From Camelus ferus (lineage: Eukaryota), in contig NC_045696.1 in NCBI RefSeq assembly GCF_009834535.1, positions 4,900,001-4,964,000 on the forward strand: a stretch of DNA of 64,000 nucleotides, written 5' to 3'. Made by a program: the position numbers and the translations under genes. The notes beneath the pieces are model-generated. The model searched no databases and was not told the DNA's origin. It was given only the letters and a program-made list of their open reading frames with translations. Positions 26,875 through 41,699 of this stretch are shown here, one piece after another (the stretch's first letter is position 1; each line of letters starts with the position of its first letter).

Positions 26875-27280
26875 AAGGAGGCATAACTAAATGTTAACTG
26901 TAGAACAATTCTGATTTAATTAGATGAGTTGTAAAAATAAAAATATGACTTTTTATAAGGAAAAAAATGAGTATGGAGTAGATAATAGATGATACCAAAA
27001 GGTTATTACTATTCTTGTGTGATACTGACATTGTGGTTATGTAAGACAAATCTAATTTCCATCAGAGAAACATACTAATGATTCATGAGAAAATAACGTA
27101 GATTCTATGACTTGACAAGCGTGTTAGCACCAAAAGCACAGACTGCAGAGACGCAGGCGACAGTTAAACATGCTGTGATTCCTGCTGCATCTGGCCGATA
27201 AATATATGGGATGCATTATATTATTTCCTCTACTTCTGTGTGAGTTTGCAAATTTTTATGATAAAAGCTAATTTTTAAAA
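26875..27280 (+). mobile_element. Old L1 (L1MC/ME-like) 3' end
   Basis: tgtgatactgacattgtggttatgtaag...tatatgggatgcattatattatttcctctacttctgtgtgagtttg. Confidence 0.55.
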
Positions 27281-27409
27281 GTGTAGATTAAAAGTTTGAA
27301 GACAAAACATGGAAATTAAATCCAGTGTTATGTGGTTGTACTAATTCTATGTCTGACCACATATCCCCATGAGAGCATGTCTCAAGCATTGCTTACATTG
27401 TCTATTTAA

Positions 27410-27602
27410 AAAATAAACAAGATTATACTGTATAGCACAGGGAAATAGATGCAGGATCTTGTGGTAGCTCACAGCGAAAAAACATGTGACAATGAATACA
27501 TGTATGTTCATGTATAACTGAAAAATTGTGCTCTACACTGGAATTTGACACAACATTGTAAAATGACTATAATTCAATAAAAAAAACCAGAAAACAAAAA
27601 AA
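27410..27602 (+). mobile_element. Young camelid-type L1 3' end
   Basis: caagattatactgtatagcacagggaaata...gctcacagcgaaaaaa...gaaaaattgtgctctacactggaatttgacacaacattgtaaaatgactataattcaataaaaa. Confidence 0.85.
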
Positions 27603-27763
27603 GAACCAAAGGCTATTGGCATGAAGAGACAATTATAAACAAGAAATAAAAATGTACAATAAATGTGATCATCAAATAAAAGCAAATTAAACAACAAAAA
27701 ATAAAAATCCTTATATAAATAAATAAATAAAATGTAAAAGAAATGCCCCATTCTTTTCTTGTA

Positions 27764-28590
27764 AAATAGTTTTATTGAGATGCAGTTTACCAAACATACA
27801 CTTCACTCATTTTACACAAACTATTCAATGATTTTAGTAAATGTATAGAGTTTGCAACTATCGCTGTAATCCAATTTTAGAACATTTTTATCAGCCAGAA
27901 AGATTGCTGCTGCCCATTCGCAACAGTCAGTTCAATCCCAGCTCTAGGCAACTATTAACCTACCATCTGTCTCTATAGATTTGCATTTTCTTCATGTTTC
28001 ATATAAATCAAATCCTACAATACGGGGCTCTGCATCTAGCTTCTTTCTCCAAACATCATCTTTTGAGGTCCATCCATGTTGTACTATGTGTCAGTGGTTC
28101 ACTCTTTTGCATGCTGAGTAGTATGTGTGTGTATTCACATTTTGCTTATCCATTCACTAAATAGTGGCTTTTTGGACTATTTCCACTTTTTGGCTGTTAT
28201 GAATAATCCCACTATGAACATTTGTGAACAAGTCTTTGAGTGGACATAGGTTTTCATTTAGGTCTAGGGTAGGTACCTACGAGTGGAGCTTTGGGCCCTT
28301 AAGGTAAACTGAAGCTTAACATTTTAAGAAACTGCCAAATTCTTGTCCAAAGTGGCTGCACCATTTTATATTCCCATCAGCAGTGTGTGAAGGTTCCAGT
28401 TTCTTCTCCGCATCCTCACGAGCCCTTGTTATTGTTTGTGTTTTTTATTGTTATCATAGCCATCCTAGCAGGTGTGAGGTAGCTGTCATAGTGTTTTTCA
28501 TTGCATTACCCTAGTGGCTAATGATACTGAGCATCTTTCCATGTGCTTATTCGTCGTTTGTATACCTCCTTTGGTGATACATCTGCTTCA
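27764..28590 (-). mobile_element. L1MB-like 3' region
   Basis: tttattgagat...caattttagaacatttttatc...ctctaggcaactattaacc...aagaaactgccaaa...ccaaagtggctgcaccattttatattcccatcagcag...gagcatctttccatgtgcttatt. Confidence 0.85.
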
Positions 28591-28669
28591 ACTTTCTGCA
28601 AATTCTGAGGGGAAGAAATTTACATGAATAGGTCTTTTTTTTTTCTGTTCATAGGTATCTAAAACCTGA

Positions 28670-29101
<432 letters not shown>

Positions 29102-29164
29102 TGATGCTGGTTGCCCCTGGTGGAGCTCTTGCTTCAGAACGACCTCTGGGCTTTCTCTGCAGCC

Positions 29165-29305
29165 CCCACGAACCCTCACAACAGTCCTGTTGAGGCTCAT
29201 CTCAGCCCCATTTTGCAGATGAAGAAATTGAGGCTCAAATTGCTCAAGGTTACACGGCTGGAGACTCGGAGCTTAGGGTGACTTCAGGTCTGTCTAATCC
29301 CAAAC
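29165..29305 (-). mobile_element. MIR SINE just downstream of exon 5
   Basis: ccccattttgcagatgaagaaattgaggctca...gctcaaggttacac. Confidence 0.8.
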
Positions 29306-30559
29306 ATCCAAGATTTCCATTAAGACGCAGGATACATTTCGAAGATGACAGTACTGAGCTGTTGAATTCAGGACAGTCAGCCTGTCTAAAAATTGATGTA
29401 GGAAGAGGGGCAGGACTGTGCTGTCCACATAAGCGATGGCAGTCAGGTCCAAGGAGTTGTCCTTGCCTGTTTCCAGACGCTACTTTAAATTCCTAAGTGG
29501 GACCATTATTAGCTATATTGGACTTGGACTCAATATTATTGATCATTTAGCCAAGTATGCTGGATATGTGTCATCTCCAGTTGACTTGGAGTGACTGACT
29601 TGAGGAGGGTGTTGAGAAGACTGCCGAAGGTGGACTGGAAGGAAGGACTCTGGCTAAACAGGCTTAATTTTACTTACTTAGAAACCAAATCAAAGTGATC
29701 ACATGGCCAGAAATGAGTCGCAGAACTTAGGTCAAAATACATGCCTCTTAGTTGCCAGTATGATGTCATATATATTTATGTGCATATGTGTAAAAATCTG
29801 ATGAACTAACCTAAGCAAACTGAATACCAGAGTCTAGCATTGAAAAGGGAGGCATTTCCTTACCCTGGCTTTTTTCCAGCCTTCTGCCTCTTGTGGAACT
29901 GACTCGTCAGTGTCACCGGGGGTGTAGACTGCTTAAGCACAGCACCAGCCAAGTGAATACATTCAGAGCAAGTATCCCAGTGCCTGCCTGGGACGTGCTG
30001 CCCATGCTCAGTCCTGCAAGTGTCGTTCAGACAAGCTCAGGCTGGGTGGGATGAGAAGGAGCCAGAGGATAACATCTGCACGGTTGTATTTCTGTGGTTT
30101 GCAGGCGAAGCAGCGCAGCACTGGGCGGCTAGGAAGAAGTGTTCCAACAGGCAGGATCAGAACCACCTTTCATGGCTCCCCAGTTTCTGTTGAATGAAGT
30201 TGATAACTTAGGATAGTATGGAAAGCATCTCATGTAAACCTGTAGGGTCATATTTCCCAGAGTTTTACTTCAAAAAAAACCCATTCCCGCAAAATCTAAC
30301 TTCTTCCTTTTCCCCATATAAACCCATTCCTTCTCTAATCGCAGGCCATGCTGCTCTCTCCATATGGAAGATGGTTTTCAAGTACTTGAATGTCTAAAAT
30401 GTCCCATCTAAGTTAAATGCAACGCCTCCTTCCCCAAACGTTCCCCACTGTCCTCCTATTTACTGCTCAACCCTCAGAGCATCCTGTGGCTTTCTCTCTG
30501 AAAGCATTTATCACTGTCTACATTTTAAGAGTTATCAGTGGAAAGGTTTTCTTTCTGGC

Positions 30560-31930
30560 GGTGCTTGTTTTCATCTTTGTACTCTTCTGCCACATCCAGC
30601 GAAGTTCTAGATGATTCTCTCATGTCCCCCCTCCCCCTTCTGATTGCTCCTTTGTTTGGTCTCTTCTCTAGGAGGAAAGCATGCTCTTGGGTTCCAAATT
30701 CAGAACCGCCTTCTCTTCTATCTCTTCTCTTTTCTTCTGGTGCTCTCTTTTATTTTAGGGCTTCGAATTCCTCCCCTCTGAAAACAGCCTTGAATTTGCT
30801 GGCTTAGCCTGAGCTTCCGTGTTGAGTGTCAAATGACTATGTCTCCCAATTTTATATCTGATGTTTAGCTGGCACTTCTGAAGAACAATGTCCCAAACTG
30901 TTCTCCACCATCAGTCTCCACCTTGCAAATGGCTCTTGGTGTTCTAGACCTCTCCCACCCCCGAATCCTCCAGATGCAGGCTTTAAGTCCTGGATCCCCT
31001 TTCAGACTTTCCTTTCTGCAACCACATCCTGCCACGACCTAGAGGCTGTGCCTCACAGCGCTCCTCAGCTGTGCTCTCCACCTCTGCCCGGTCCGAGGTC
31101 AGGTTTTAACTGCGCCACAACTGGACGTCGGCATTGCCCCTTTGCTGACCAGTTTCCCCACTCTCACCTGTCCAACGCAATATGATCAGTCGATTCTCCT
31201 AAAAGTGTGTTTGCCTATAGTGCTAACTTGCTAAAAATTCTGGAGAGCTTTCTTTAGTTCCCTCTGATTTGATTCCAAAATCTCAAAGCCCTTTGCAGGA
31301 TTGTCCCAGACTGCCTTTGTCATTTTTCTCCCGCTGGTCTCCTTCAGAGACCCTGTGTTGCATCCAGACTGATGCAGAGCTCTTCCTAAGACATGGCTCT
31401 GCTTCGTGCTCTAATTCATGCGGTCCCTGCTCTGCACGCCGTGCGCTCTGCACTCCCACTGGCCTCGGCTCTGTCCGTCCTTGATGTCTGAGGACTTTCT
31501 TTTGATCCTCTTGCACAGATTGTACACCTCTCATGGACCCTTTTGGTTACTATCCTTCGCTTTCATATTTGTCTTACCCACTTACAAGACTGAGCTCCTT
31601 AAAGACTTCACAGTGTGGTGACATGAGAAGTCAGTAACCATTGGGGTAAACAGCTGTTTTTTGCCATCTGCATGTTGAGTGGATTTGGTTAAATTAATTA
31701 ATCTCTCTGAATAACCATTTCTTCATCTGTAAAATGGAGATAATACAAAACTCACAGGACTGTGGGAAGACTGACTTAAATAATGTACAGGGGATACTTG
31801 GTAACTTTATGACACATGCTAGCTGCATACAAGAGTTATTCATCTTTGTCTCACCTGTGAGTTTAACCCCGTCCTTGGCATACAGTAGATGTTCAATAAA
31901 TGCTTACTGCATTGAATTGGGTTTGTTGAA
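30560..31930 (+). mobile_element. Degenerate L2 fragments with an interspersed MIR (about 31640-31820)
   Basis: Pyrimidine-rich L2 body; L2 3' end tggcatacagtagatgttcaataaatgcttactg; MIR core ttcttcatctgtaaaatggagataata. Confidence 0.55.
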
Positions 31931-32513
31931 TGAAAACATAAGAAGTCAAGGATGAGAGTTAACAACACTGTCCAAAGCAGTTAGCTTCATTTTAAAGAAA
32001 AATATCCTGTTTCATGGTTGCAAATTATAATATCAGCCTGCTTTCTTACAGCTGTGTCATGGACCCTGGTTAAGCCACATAGGGGATGTGAGTGAGTATA
32101 TATGTGTGAGAGAACAGCCCAGAGCAAACCCATCAGTGTCACATTGGGGGACCAGGCAAATAGGATTGAAATATTCAAATATTTCTGTCCTTGCCGATAA
32201 CCAGCACATTGCATTTCTCATTGTCAGTGGATTAACACTCACATTGATTTGATGAGAAAGAGATTTGACCAACAGCAGTCTATTCGCTACACAGAGAAAG
32301 AAAGAAGGCCAGTAAAAAAAAAAAAAAAAGACAAATAGGAGTGAGAGCGTTCCCAAGCAAAACGGTGCCCCATGAAATACTACTGAAATACGAAATTATG
32401 CGGTGTGCTTGCCACGATGCGTTTGTCTTGTCAGAAGTCCACCCTGTGGTCGAAACAGTCTCTACATACGTGATGTTTTTTACCTTTTTCTCTTCTTTTA
32501 CCAAAAACTCCAG

Positions 32514-32789
32514 AGCCGCTGAAAGCTACCATCAGCCCCAGGAAGGTTAAAAGCAGCGTGGGCAGCCAGGTCTCCTTGTCCTGCAGCGTGACAGGAAGTG
32601 AGGACCAGGAACTCTCCTGGTACCGAAACGGTGAAATCCTCAACCCTGGAAAAAATGTGAGGATCACAGGGATCAACCACGAAAACCTTATAATGGATCA
32701 CATGGTCAGAAGTGACGGGGGCGCGTACCAGTGCTTTGTGCGCAAGGATAAGCTGTCCGCTCAAGACTATGTGCAGGTGGTCCTTGAAG
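32514..32789 (+). CDS. DSCAM: DSCAM coding exon (exon 6 equivalent), Ig4
   Basis: Acceptor ...ctccag, donor GAAG|gtcagt; 276 bp. [24 protein letters not shown]...WYRNG...DGGAYQC...VVLE. Confidence 0.97.
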
Positions 32790-33137
32790 GTCAGTGGGCC
32801 TTGTTACAGGGTTCAGCTGAAAAAGAACCCAAACCCAGAGCACCCAAAAGGAAGAGTGAAGGGTGAAGCATTGCTCATAACTCAGTTTTAAGGTTTCCAT
32901 CCATCTGACCAGCTAATGACTCTACCCTAGTTTTTCAAACTAAATCGGGCAGATTAAAGAATAAATTCTGGTGAAGTGAAATTTGTCCAGGGTAGAAGTA
33001 ACATAAGGAATGTGGTTTAACATAAAAGTTCAGTAACATAAATGTTGCCTACTCACGTGTTTGAAGTTACCTGTCAAGATATAGGCCTAAGAAACTCGAG
33101 ACTCACGGTTGGGTTGACAGTTCATTATTCTCTAGAC

Positions 33138-33302
33138 CAGGGTCTGTCAGTGATGCTTGGCTTGGGGGCTGCTTCATGCACCGCAGGATGTTTAGCAGTG
33201 TCTCTGGCCTCTGCTCACCAGATGCTGGCAGTACCCACCCTCCAGTCGTGACAACCAAAAATGTCCTAGACATTGCCAGATGTCCCTCATTGAGAAACAC
33301 AG
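33138..33302. mobile_element. MER20-like hAT-Charlie DNA transposon
   Basis: ggatgtttagcagtgtctctggcctctgctcaccagatgc...gtgacaaccaaaaatgtcctagacattgccagatgtccc; flanks ctctagac / ctttagag resemble an 8-bp hAT TSD. Confidence 0.8.
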
Positions 33303-34639
33303 CTTTAGAGGCAAAATGCAGAGCAGCACTTCAGTGCAGTGCTCGGTGGAGTGAAAAATGGCATTTGGGTTGTAGGGTTGTCCCTGTTTGTGTCCGAATT
33401 GTCACAGATGTAGGTGATTGGAAGTTTTGAGGAATTCCCTGGGGGTGTCATCATGGGTTTAGGTACGTTACGTGTTTTCTTCTCTTAACTTACATCTTCA
33501 GGCTTATCATCAGCCAGGGAAAGAAGCTATCAAGGTAACATTCATTTGAGAGATACATGTTTATCATCAGATAATTGAACTAGCATTTATCTGTATATTT
33601 GCATGTGCTGTTGGAAATTGTGTCTTTATATATAATTTAAAATTCATCTGTTATCAGCTGATTAAAATAATTACATGACTTTCATATAACCTAAAGGGGG
33701 AAAAAGAGAAATTCATTTTTGTATGAAAATAAGTTAAAGTATGTCTTGATGCTAAGAGGAGATTTCTCTTCTTACTTTTTTAACCTTAGCCAATTTTTAA
33801 GAAGAAGCAAGCTTAGAATAGCATCCTTATTTTGATTCAAGCATTTCTTTGCAGACAATGAGTGTTTTAAAGCAGAGGTGAAATTAGCTGAAGGCATGGC
33901 ACTCAGATTAGAAGCCTGACACTGTGGCGCACATATAGTAATTAAGTGCAGAAAGTAATCAGTTTGCACAGAGCCAGTGGGCCAATGCCCTGTAGTCCTC
34001 ACGTAGTCACTATTTTTAGATTCTTTGTAGAAAAGGGAGAGATTACCTGTCTAGGCCTGGTTACCTTGGCAACCATCTCGTGTGACGAGGGAGACCTAAA
34101 AAGCATATTGATAATCCATAATGATGTCGAAAGAGTTCAGGTTATCAGAGAGTGACAGCGAGAAAGATTTCTGACACACAGATCTCACTGGGAAAATTAT
34201 GTCTGTTTTCATCTCCAAAACAGCCTGTCACTTGAATAGAAAGAGGGGGCAGAGGAGCACGGATTTATTTGTTGTATGTCAGTTTCCATTCAGGACAAGA
34301 AGCTTCATTTTATTTTTTCTTTTCTGAGAGATGACGGTGCTAATGTAGCCAGAGACAGCAGAAATGGAATTACAAATACACATCTAGTAACTGCCTTAAA
34401 ATGATGTCTAACTAGTATCCTCCGACGTGACCTCCTATAGTAGCTATGGATTTACACAGATGATAAACTCTTACAATACCGGGAACTAAGAGTGGCCATT
34501 GACGTAATGTAGAATCTGGGAATGTTCCCTATGAGGACAAGGAAGCTGGATGGAAGTCTAAAGAAACTGGGATCTAGTAATTGTAGGTTCAAGATCAAGC
34601 CAGAACATCTGGAAAATGAAATAATAAAAGAGAATAAGG

Positions 34640-35850
34640 ACCTATTTCTGGAGATGATAGAGTAGCATGTGTCAGACTAACCTACAAGAAGATGAAAATT
34701 ATGAGCTTCGGGAAATGCAAACTTGTATGCAGACACTGGGGAGACACCAGCAAACAGGCAGAAAGAATTTGATCCTTGAAAGAAGGGGGAAAATTAGGTG
34801 ATTTCTACACTGATACCACATTTCCCCTAAGGAGAGTTTCCAGTCCCGGTGGGATGAGGGCGTGGGGAATCTAAAACAGAAAAAGAAAAGCAGAAAACTG
34901 CAGTTTTGGTGGGACTGAGGTGTAGAAGGACAGAGGGCTGGGCTGTCAGATTACCTGCAAACTGAGGGAGGTGAGTGGAGATTTCAGGAAGAAGGAAATA
35001 ACAGTAGGGAATCCTAAAATCTGAAAATAAACTTCCTTGAAAAACTTGGTTGACACATGAACTGCAGAAATGTGAAGGAGAACCCAAGTCTACAATAAGA
35101 ATAGCCAAGCATGAAAAACAAATAGGTTACTGTGACCAGAGACCAAGAAGAATAGGAACAGGCCCTGGGAAGGACCCAGCCAGCAAGGCTTTCAGAGCTG
35201 CTGCTTGAAGTCTGCTCAACAGCGTAGAGGGGAACCTGGGCGTAAAGCGTGAGCAGACGGGAAGGCCAGCGGGGCAGTGGGGTCTAAAAGGAGCCAGCAG
35301 ACGTGAAAATGCATTGGCTTCGGTGGAAGACTGGAGAAGGAAGGAAAAAGCATCCATGAAACTGAAGACATTAAAATCACGTCTCCAACTTGAAGCACGG
35401 AGAGAAGGAAGATGGCACAGAAGGTGAACAGAGCTTTATTCATATGGGACATTTGTCAGATGTCCTGACATGCAGATAATTAGAGGCTCAGCAAAATAGA
35501 AGACAGAATGGGGGAGAAAAAATATTTAAAGATACAATGGCCACAATTTCCCCAAATTTGGTGTATAAAATAAAGTTGCAGATCTCAGAACCCCCGCAAA
35601 CCCCAAAAAGAATAAATACGCAGAAAACCACATGCAGGCGCAACAGAGCTAAAAACCAGGGATAAATGGAACATCTTATCATTCTGGGGGAGGAAAACAC
35701 TACTTAAAGGAGGCCATCAGTACAGTTGATGGACGGCTTCTCATCAGGTATTTCGGAGGTTACACAAGTGTATGTGTTTAACAAAACCCAGTATTTGCAC
35801 ATTGAAGAGCTATACATTTCACTGTAGGTAAACTTTATCTTTAAAAAAAA
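34640..35850 (+). mobile_element. Old L1 5'/ORF1 remnants plus a short L1 3' end
   Basis: gaaaaaatatttaaagatacaatggccacaatttcccaaatttgg...cagaacccccgcaaaccccaaaaagaataaatac (ORF1-like). Confidence 0.55.
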
Positions 35851-36658
35851 GAGTAACTGATGAAAGCTTTCCTAAACATATTAAAAGAAGACTTAGAGAT
35901 TTTAGTGTTTAGTGTAAAAATCACTGAAAAGGAATTTACAGCTAAACACATCATGGAAAAAAATGTTGAATTGTAGGGTCAAATAAAATAACTTCAACAC
36001 TCCGAAGCACCAGCAATTGGAAAGGTGTTTGCAGTCCAAGGGGCCTGATAGGCGCTACTTCTGAATGCCTCTGGGGAGGAAAAACAAAACAAACATGCTT
36101 GAAAGCCTTCTCCAGCCTCCCAAAGCAGAGGTGGAATTAAGAAGTTAAGGTTCAGGGATTTGCAAATTAAAAGGTGGTAGAGAGCTGCAGGGAAGCCTCC
36201 TGGCTCAGTGCTGCCGAAACAGGCCTCAGGTCTGGGGACGATGGGTGCCGCTCCCCTCAGGAGTGTTTGGAAGCGTCAACACTTAGCTTTCCATGATGAG
36301 GCCTGCGAGGCATCTTCAGTTTTGTTTTTTGCATTTCATTTGCTTACCTGTACTTTCAAATTTTTCAACAGTGAATGTACGTAACTTTTATAATTAAAAG
36401 CTTAAAAAAACTCTCTTAATCTTCGTCTTTCATCACTGATAAACCGTTAAAGTTAGCTCCAAAGTTTTTAATATCTCCTCCAGCAAGGTTTATTACCTGA
36501 CTCAGAAATCCTGCTGCATGTGGTCACAGTTATGTCAAAATGACCCACTTAACGCCTAGGAAAACATGTCACAGTGTTGATTTATATGCCTGAGGCTGCT
36601 TGGCCATTAGTTTTGATACATTTTTCTCTAATGTGTATGTATCTCTTTTAATGGAGAT

Positions 36659-36659
36659 G

Positions 36660-36693
<34 letters not shown>

Positions 36694-36787
36694 TATACAT
36701 ATATATGTATATATATATAAGAGAAACATGCATTTGTAATTACTATCAGACAGTATGAGGAAATTTTATATATATATATATATATAT
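36659..36787. repeat. Compound (TA)n/(CA)n microsatellites
   Basis: Direct inspection. Confidence 0.9.
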
Positions 36788-37561
36788 GAATGATAGAAAA
36801 ATAATGGAATATAAAAATTTGATCTTTGTCGAAAATGTTGGAAATTCCTATGGAAACTCCCCTAAGACTGAGCTCCGCGTTTGCCTGGGACAGTCTTGGG
36901 TTGTGCGTGTTCTCCTAGTGTTATTGTTCCTGGTATCCATTTTATTCTCAAAAGTATTTCAGGATGGATGATAAATTATATGGCCATGCTTCAGGAGATA
37001 CTTTTGGAGATATTTAATACATGCTGGAAGTCAAACCTTATTTAGCATCTACCCATCCTCAGAGCCTTCATGGAAATTCACATACGTTTATGACTTGCCA
37101 TTAAAACTATAAAAGGTGATTTCTTATGAGAAAATGATAAAGATGAGATACTCAGTCTCTTAGCTCTTTCTTTTATTCCTCTAAACAGTTCCCTGGGAGG
37201 CCATGCCTAGTTAACTTGCGGGAACTAGAAAGCTAAAGTAACCAGTGGGGCTGTGTGGATTTCTTCCACATTTATAACTTTGGCTGGGAACATACCAGTT
37301 TTGAGTTATAAACCTGGTGGCAGATGACATTGTTTTAACATGAACATCTGAGTTGCATTATCTTGCTTCTTGTTATGACAATCAGGAAATACACAAGAGA
37401 GTCATTAAAGGTTGCAAATGGGGTGTTCACTTATTTTGAAAAGGAAATTTTGTTCTGATTGGGACTTAGCTTCATCTGTAAAACCAGACCTTTGAGTCGC
37501 GTTTGAGAATCCCTGCATCCACCGCCTAACCATTAACTAAACGTACCTGGAAGTCGTTTAA

Positions 37562-37945
<384 letters not shown>

Positions 37946-38596
37946 TAGTGGAGAAGGTTTCTGCATGCACTGAGCCGAGTCTTGGAATGCCGGAGCAAAG
38001 TGACTGTCCTCCCCATTTCCGACCCTCTCCTTCCCACTCAGAGTGGCAGTGGCGGGGTCACTGTTGGAGATGGCATCTCGGTTTCTGCAGTCAGCTCGGC
38101 CTCTTGTTTTCTCTTAGACTTGTCCTCCAGAGCTTTCTTTCCCTGGTTTATGCTCTGCATGCTTTCCTCCTCTTCCTCCGTCCTACTGCATTCATGGCAA
38201 ACCTTCATGTACGTAGAATTTAACTTACATTCATAGTGCAACGTGGCATAACCTCCATCCTCATAATCGATTTTCTAGAGAGAGCTAAACAATTGAGTTG
38301 CTGCCAGCGTTTTCACCAAAGGAGCACGGTCGTTCAGTACAGCTAGTTACTTTTTATTGACTAAATTGCCTTTTATCCTGTAATTCAAAATGTTTTAATA
38401 GAAGTAGTTGATCATTAAAGCATTTAACACTCCTTCAATTCATTTGAATGTAATGAAATTAGAAGGGAAAAAAAAAACCCTTCTTAGTAGAAAATGCCAA
38501 ATGCAGAAAAAATGCATTTAATCTCAAAAGACGTCCTTACATGAAAATAATTGACATTTTTAATTCAGGGGAAAGTGTGCCCACTTCCACACGTAA

Positions 38597-38962
<366 letters not shown>

Positions 38963-40074
38963 TAGCTCTCCCGTTTCACCAGACCAGCGATGAGGAGTGG
39001 AGTAACCTGAGGGCCTGCATGTTGAGAGCCGTGTTAAAGTACATCGTTAGATGCTCTGTTCTCTCTGCTCATGCATCTTCACAAGACTTGTGGTTGATGC
39101 AGGCTTCTTTTCGTGTGAATTTTTGGCTTGGTTTCCCAGAGGCTGTGTGTTGTTCAGCATACCATAGGAAGAAGAAACATGTCATTGGCTTGGTTATCTA
39201 GCTGTCTGGCAGATCATTTTAAAGCGCAATAGCTTTGTTTTCCTAAGAACTCCTAAAAGTGAATTCTTAGAATCCACCTGGAGGAGATTTTAAGATGGAT
39301 AAAGACTTCAGACAAAGTAGATGAGCAGGTCAAAGCAACACCATAGGAGTTACTTGACTAAAGGTCCTCAGAGAAAAGTTTCCTGGCTTTTAGATTATAC
39401 TTCATGTCATGGCATCATGCCGCAGACAGTCGTGGACTCGAACCATCAGGATGAGTTTTGGAGCTCATGCACCTCAACTCCAACCTCCTCGTCAGTAAAG
39501 CCCAATAGTGACAAGACCCACCCGGGGACACACAGCCTGTAGTGGTAGACCCTTGGGGGGACCCATTTCTTCCACTCCCCAATTCAGCTTCCTCAACTGA
39601 ACGTAAAATGGAAATTTTCAATTATGTAAATAATTGCACGAAGCGGGTCATAGAAGTAGCTCTAATGTGTGATGAAACAGTATCAAAAATACATAGAAGC
39701 AGCCTCCTACCGGGCTAAGCTGTCTGCCGGAGCTGCCCAGTTACCTGTTTCAGTGCCAGTGATTGTCTCTGAGTATCCTGGTTACAAAGTTGCACGGGTT
39801 TCCCATGGTCTTCCCCAACCATCTTTTCTCACAAACCCTGTTAGCTCACCTGTTTAGGAACACCTGTAACTACACCCCTCCAACACACACAGTATGTGAT
39901 ATATCATGTAGTATGTGTTATATAACTTGTGTTATGTATTATATTATTAGATATACCTGCACATAAATAGTTTTGAATCTTTTTATAATAACCACATATC
40001 TTGAGAATTTTCTCAAATCATTAAAAGTTCTTGGTAAGCCAGATTGGTTATAGCTGCGTAAAACTTCATTTTGT

Positions 40075-40275
40075 GATTGTATTCATTTCTTTAACCATGA
40101 TGGATGGAACATCTACTCTGTGCCCTAAACTACTGTAGGCATTAAGGAAAACAATGATGGAAAGATAGACGAAGTCCTTTCTCTCATGGAGCCCTCCTTC
40201 CAGTCAGGACAGATGAACAGTAAACAACTAAAACGAGTAAATACCCATAAAATACCTGCTAGTATTCAGTACTAT
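40075..40275 (-). mobile_element. L2 3' end
   Basis: attcatt...gaacatctactctgtgcc...gtcctttctctcatggagc...acagtaaacaa. Confidence 0.65.
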
Positions 40276-40374
40276 GTAAAGAATGACCACATGGCAGCAC
40301 CTTAATGATTGGCTACAGCTGAGAACTAGAAGCCATAGCAGTGAAGCTATGGTACTCCGCTATCTTAAAGTCGA

Positions 40375-41260
40375 CTGATCCATCATGCCCTTTGAATGAA
40401 TGTTTTACCCACACATAGTTTTGTAACATGATCAACAAGTTGATCATTTGGAAATTATTGATTCACTGAATTGTACAAGTCTTCGAAATGTTGACACAAT
40501 TCATTATACAATATCAAAATATCACCATGATCTCATCCAAAAAAACCTTTAACTGTTGGGAAGCTGTCAAGCTCATGGTGGCAGATACATGTTTTCCAAA
40601 GATCTATTCTTTTTCTTTTTTTGCTTGGAAGTTTGAATATCATTATCTGCAACAGACACGATCTGCTGTGATCAGTTTTAAGAGTGATGTGCTCATTTAT
40701 TTCTTTTCCACAAAAACATCTGCCAATTACACGAGCCTGACTAACTATAATTTATAAGTATCCATTCTTTGAAGAAAAATTAGAATTCCATGGAAAAAAA
40801 GTAGCTAGTTGAGCTTGTAACACAAGCCAGTGCATAAATACGTTGCTTCAGGTCACCCCTCTATCCAGTAAGCAGCACGGTGCTTTGTGCATTCTTTGCA
40901 TTTTATTACACAGATCATAGAACATTAGAAATGACTTTAACTTAAGGGTTAAGGTTTATTGAAATAGTCAATTTTTTACTGATTCATCAAGTGTTCTTAC
41001 ATGAAACTGGTTTAAAAAAAAACAAGATTGGGAGTATGTGATGGTAACAGTAGAATGCCTGTTGGTACACTTGGGGTCACTGCCGAGATCTGTGCTAAGA
41101 CCTCAGCAGTCTTACTCACTTTTGCACATCTATGCAGATGTCAACACGAGAAAGGCAAATTGTGTCGGTATCACAATGAGAATCATCGTCTTCTTGTAAA
41201 CCCCCTAAAAGAGTCTCTGTGATGCCCTGGGGTCTGCAATCTGCATTTTGAAAATGTCTG
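40375..41260. mobile_element. Charlie1-like hAT DNA transposon fragment
   Basis: tcatgccctttgaatg...ttgggaagctgtcaagctcatggtggcagatacatgttttccaaa...ggggtcactgcc...tgtgctaag...gatgtcaacac...ggggtctgc...ttttgaaaatgtctg. Confidence 0.8.
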
Positions 41261-41699
41261 TTTAAGTGCTAACTATTTAATTTCTCATGTTTAACCGTGA
41301 TAAATGATGTATCAAATGAACTGCTTTATGCATTAGCTTTATCTAGTTTTAATATTATTTCTTTCAGCAAAAAGTTGCCAGAAATATGGCCACTGAATAA
41401 ATGAATATAAGTAGTTCAATGCCAGTTTTCTAAGAGACATAAATTCAAACAACAGCCACTCGAATCTTTTATTCTTAAAGTTTCCAGACCAGCATCCATC
41501 AGTGTATTAGTCTCAAGTCTTTTGACTGTAAGTGAAAGACACCACCTCAAACTGGCATGTGCTGCAAAGGAGAATTTATTGGCTCTTGTAACCAGTGTAT
41601 CTATGATTTTAGGAAACAATTTAATCAAATGTTTTATTTTCAGGAGTTTCCTTTATTTTAGCATATGTTACATAATATAGACACTTTCAGCTTCTTTGC

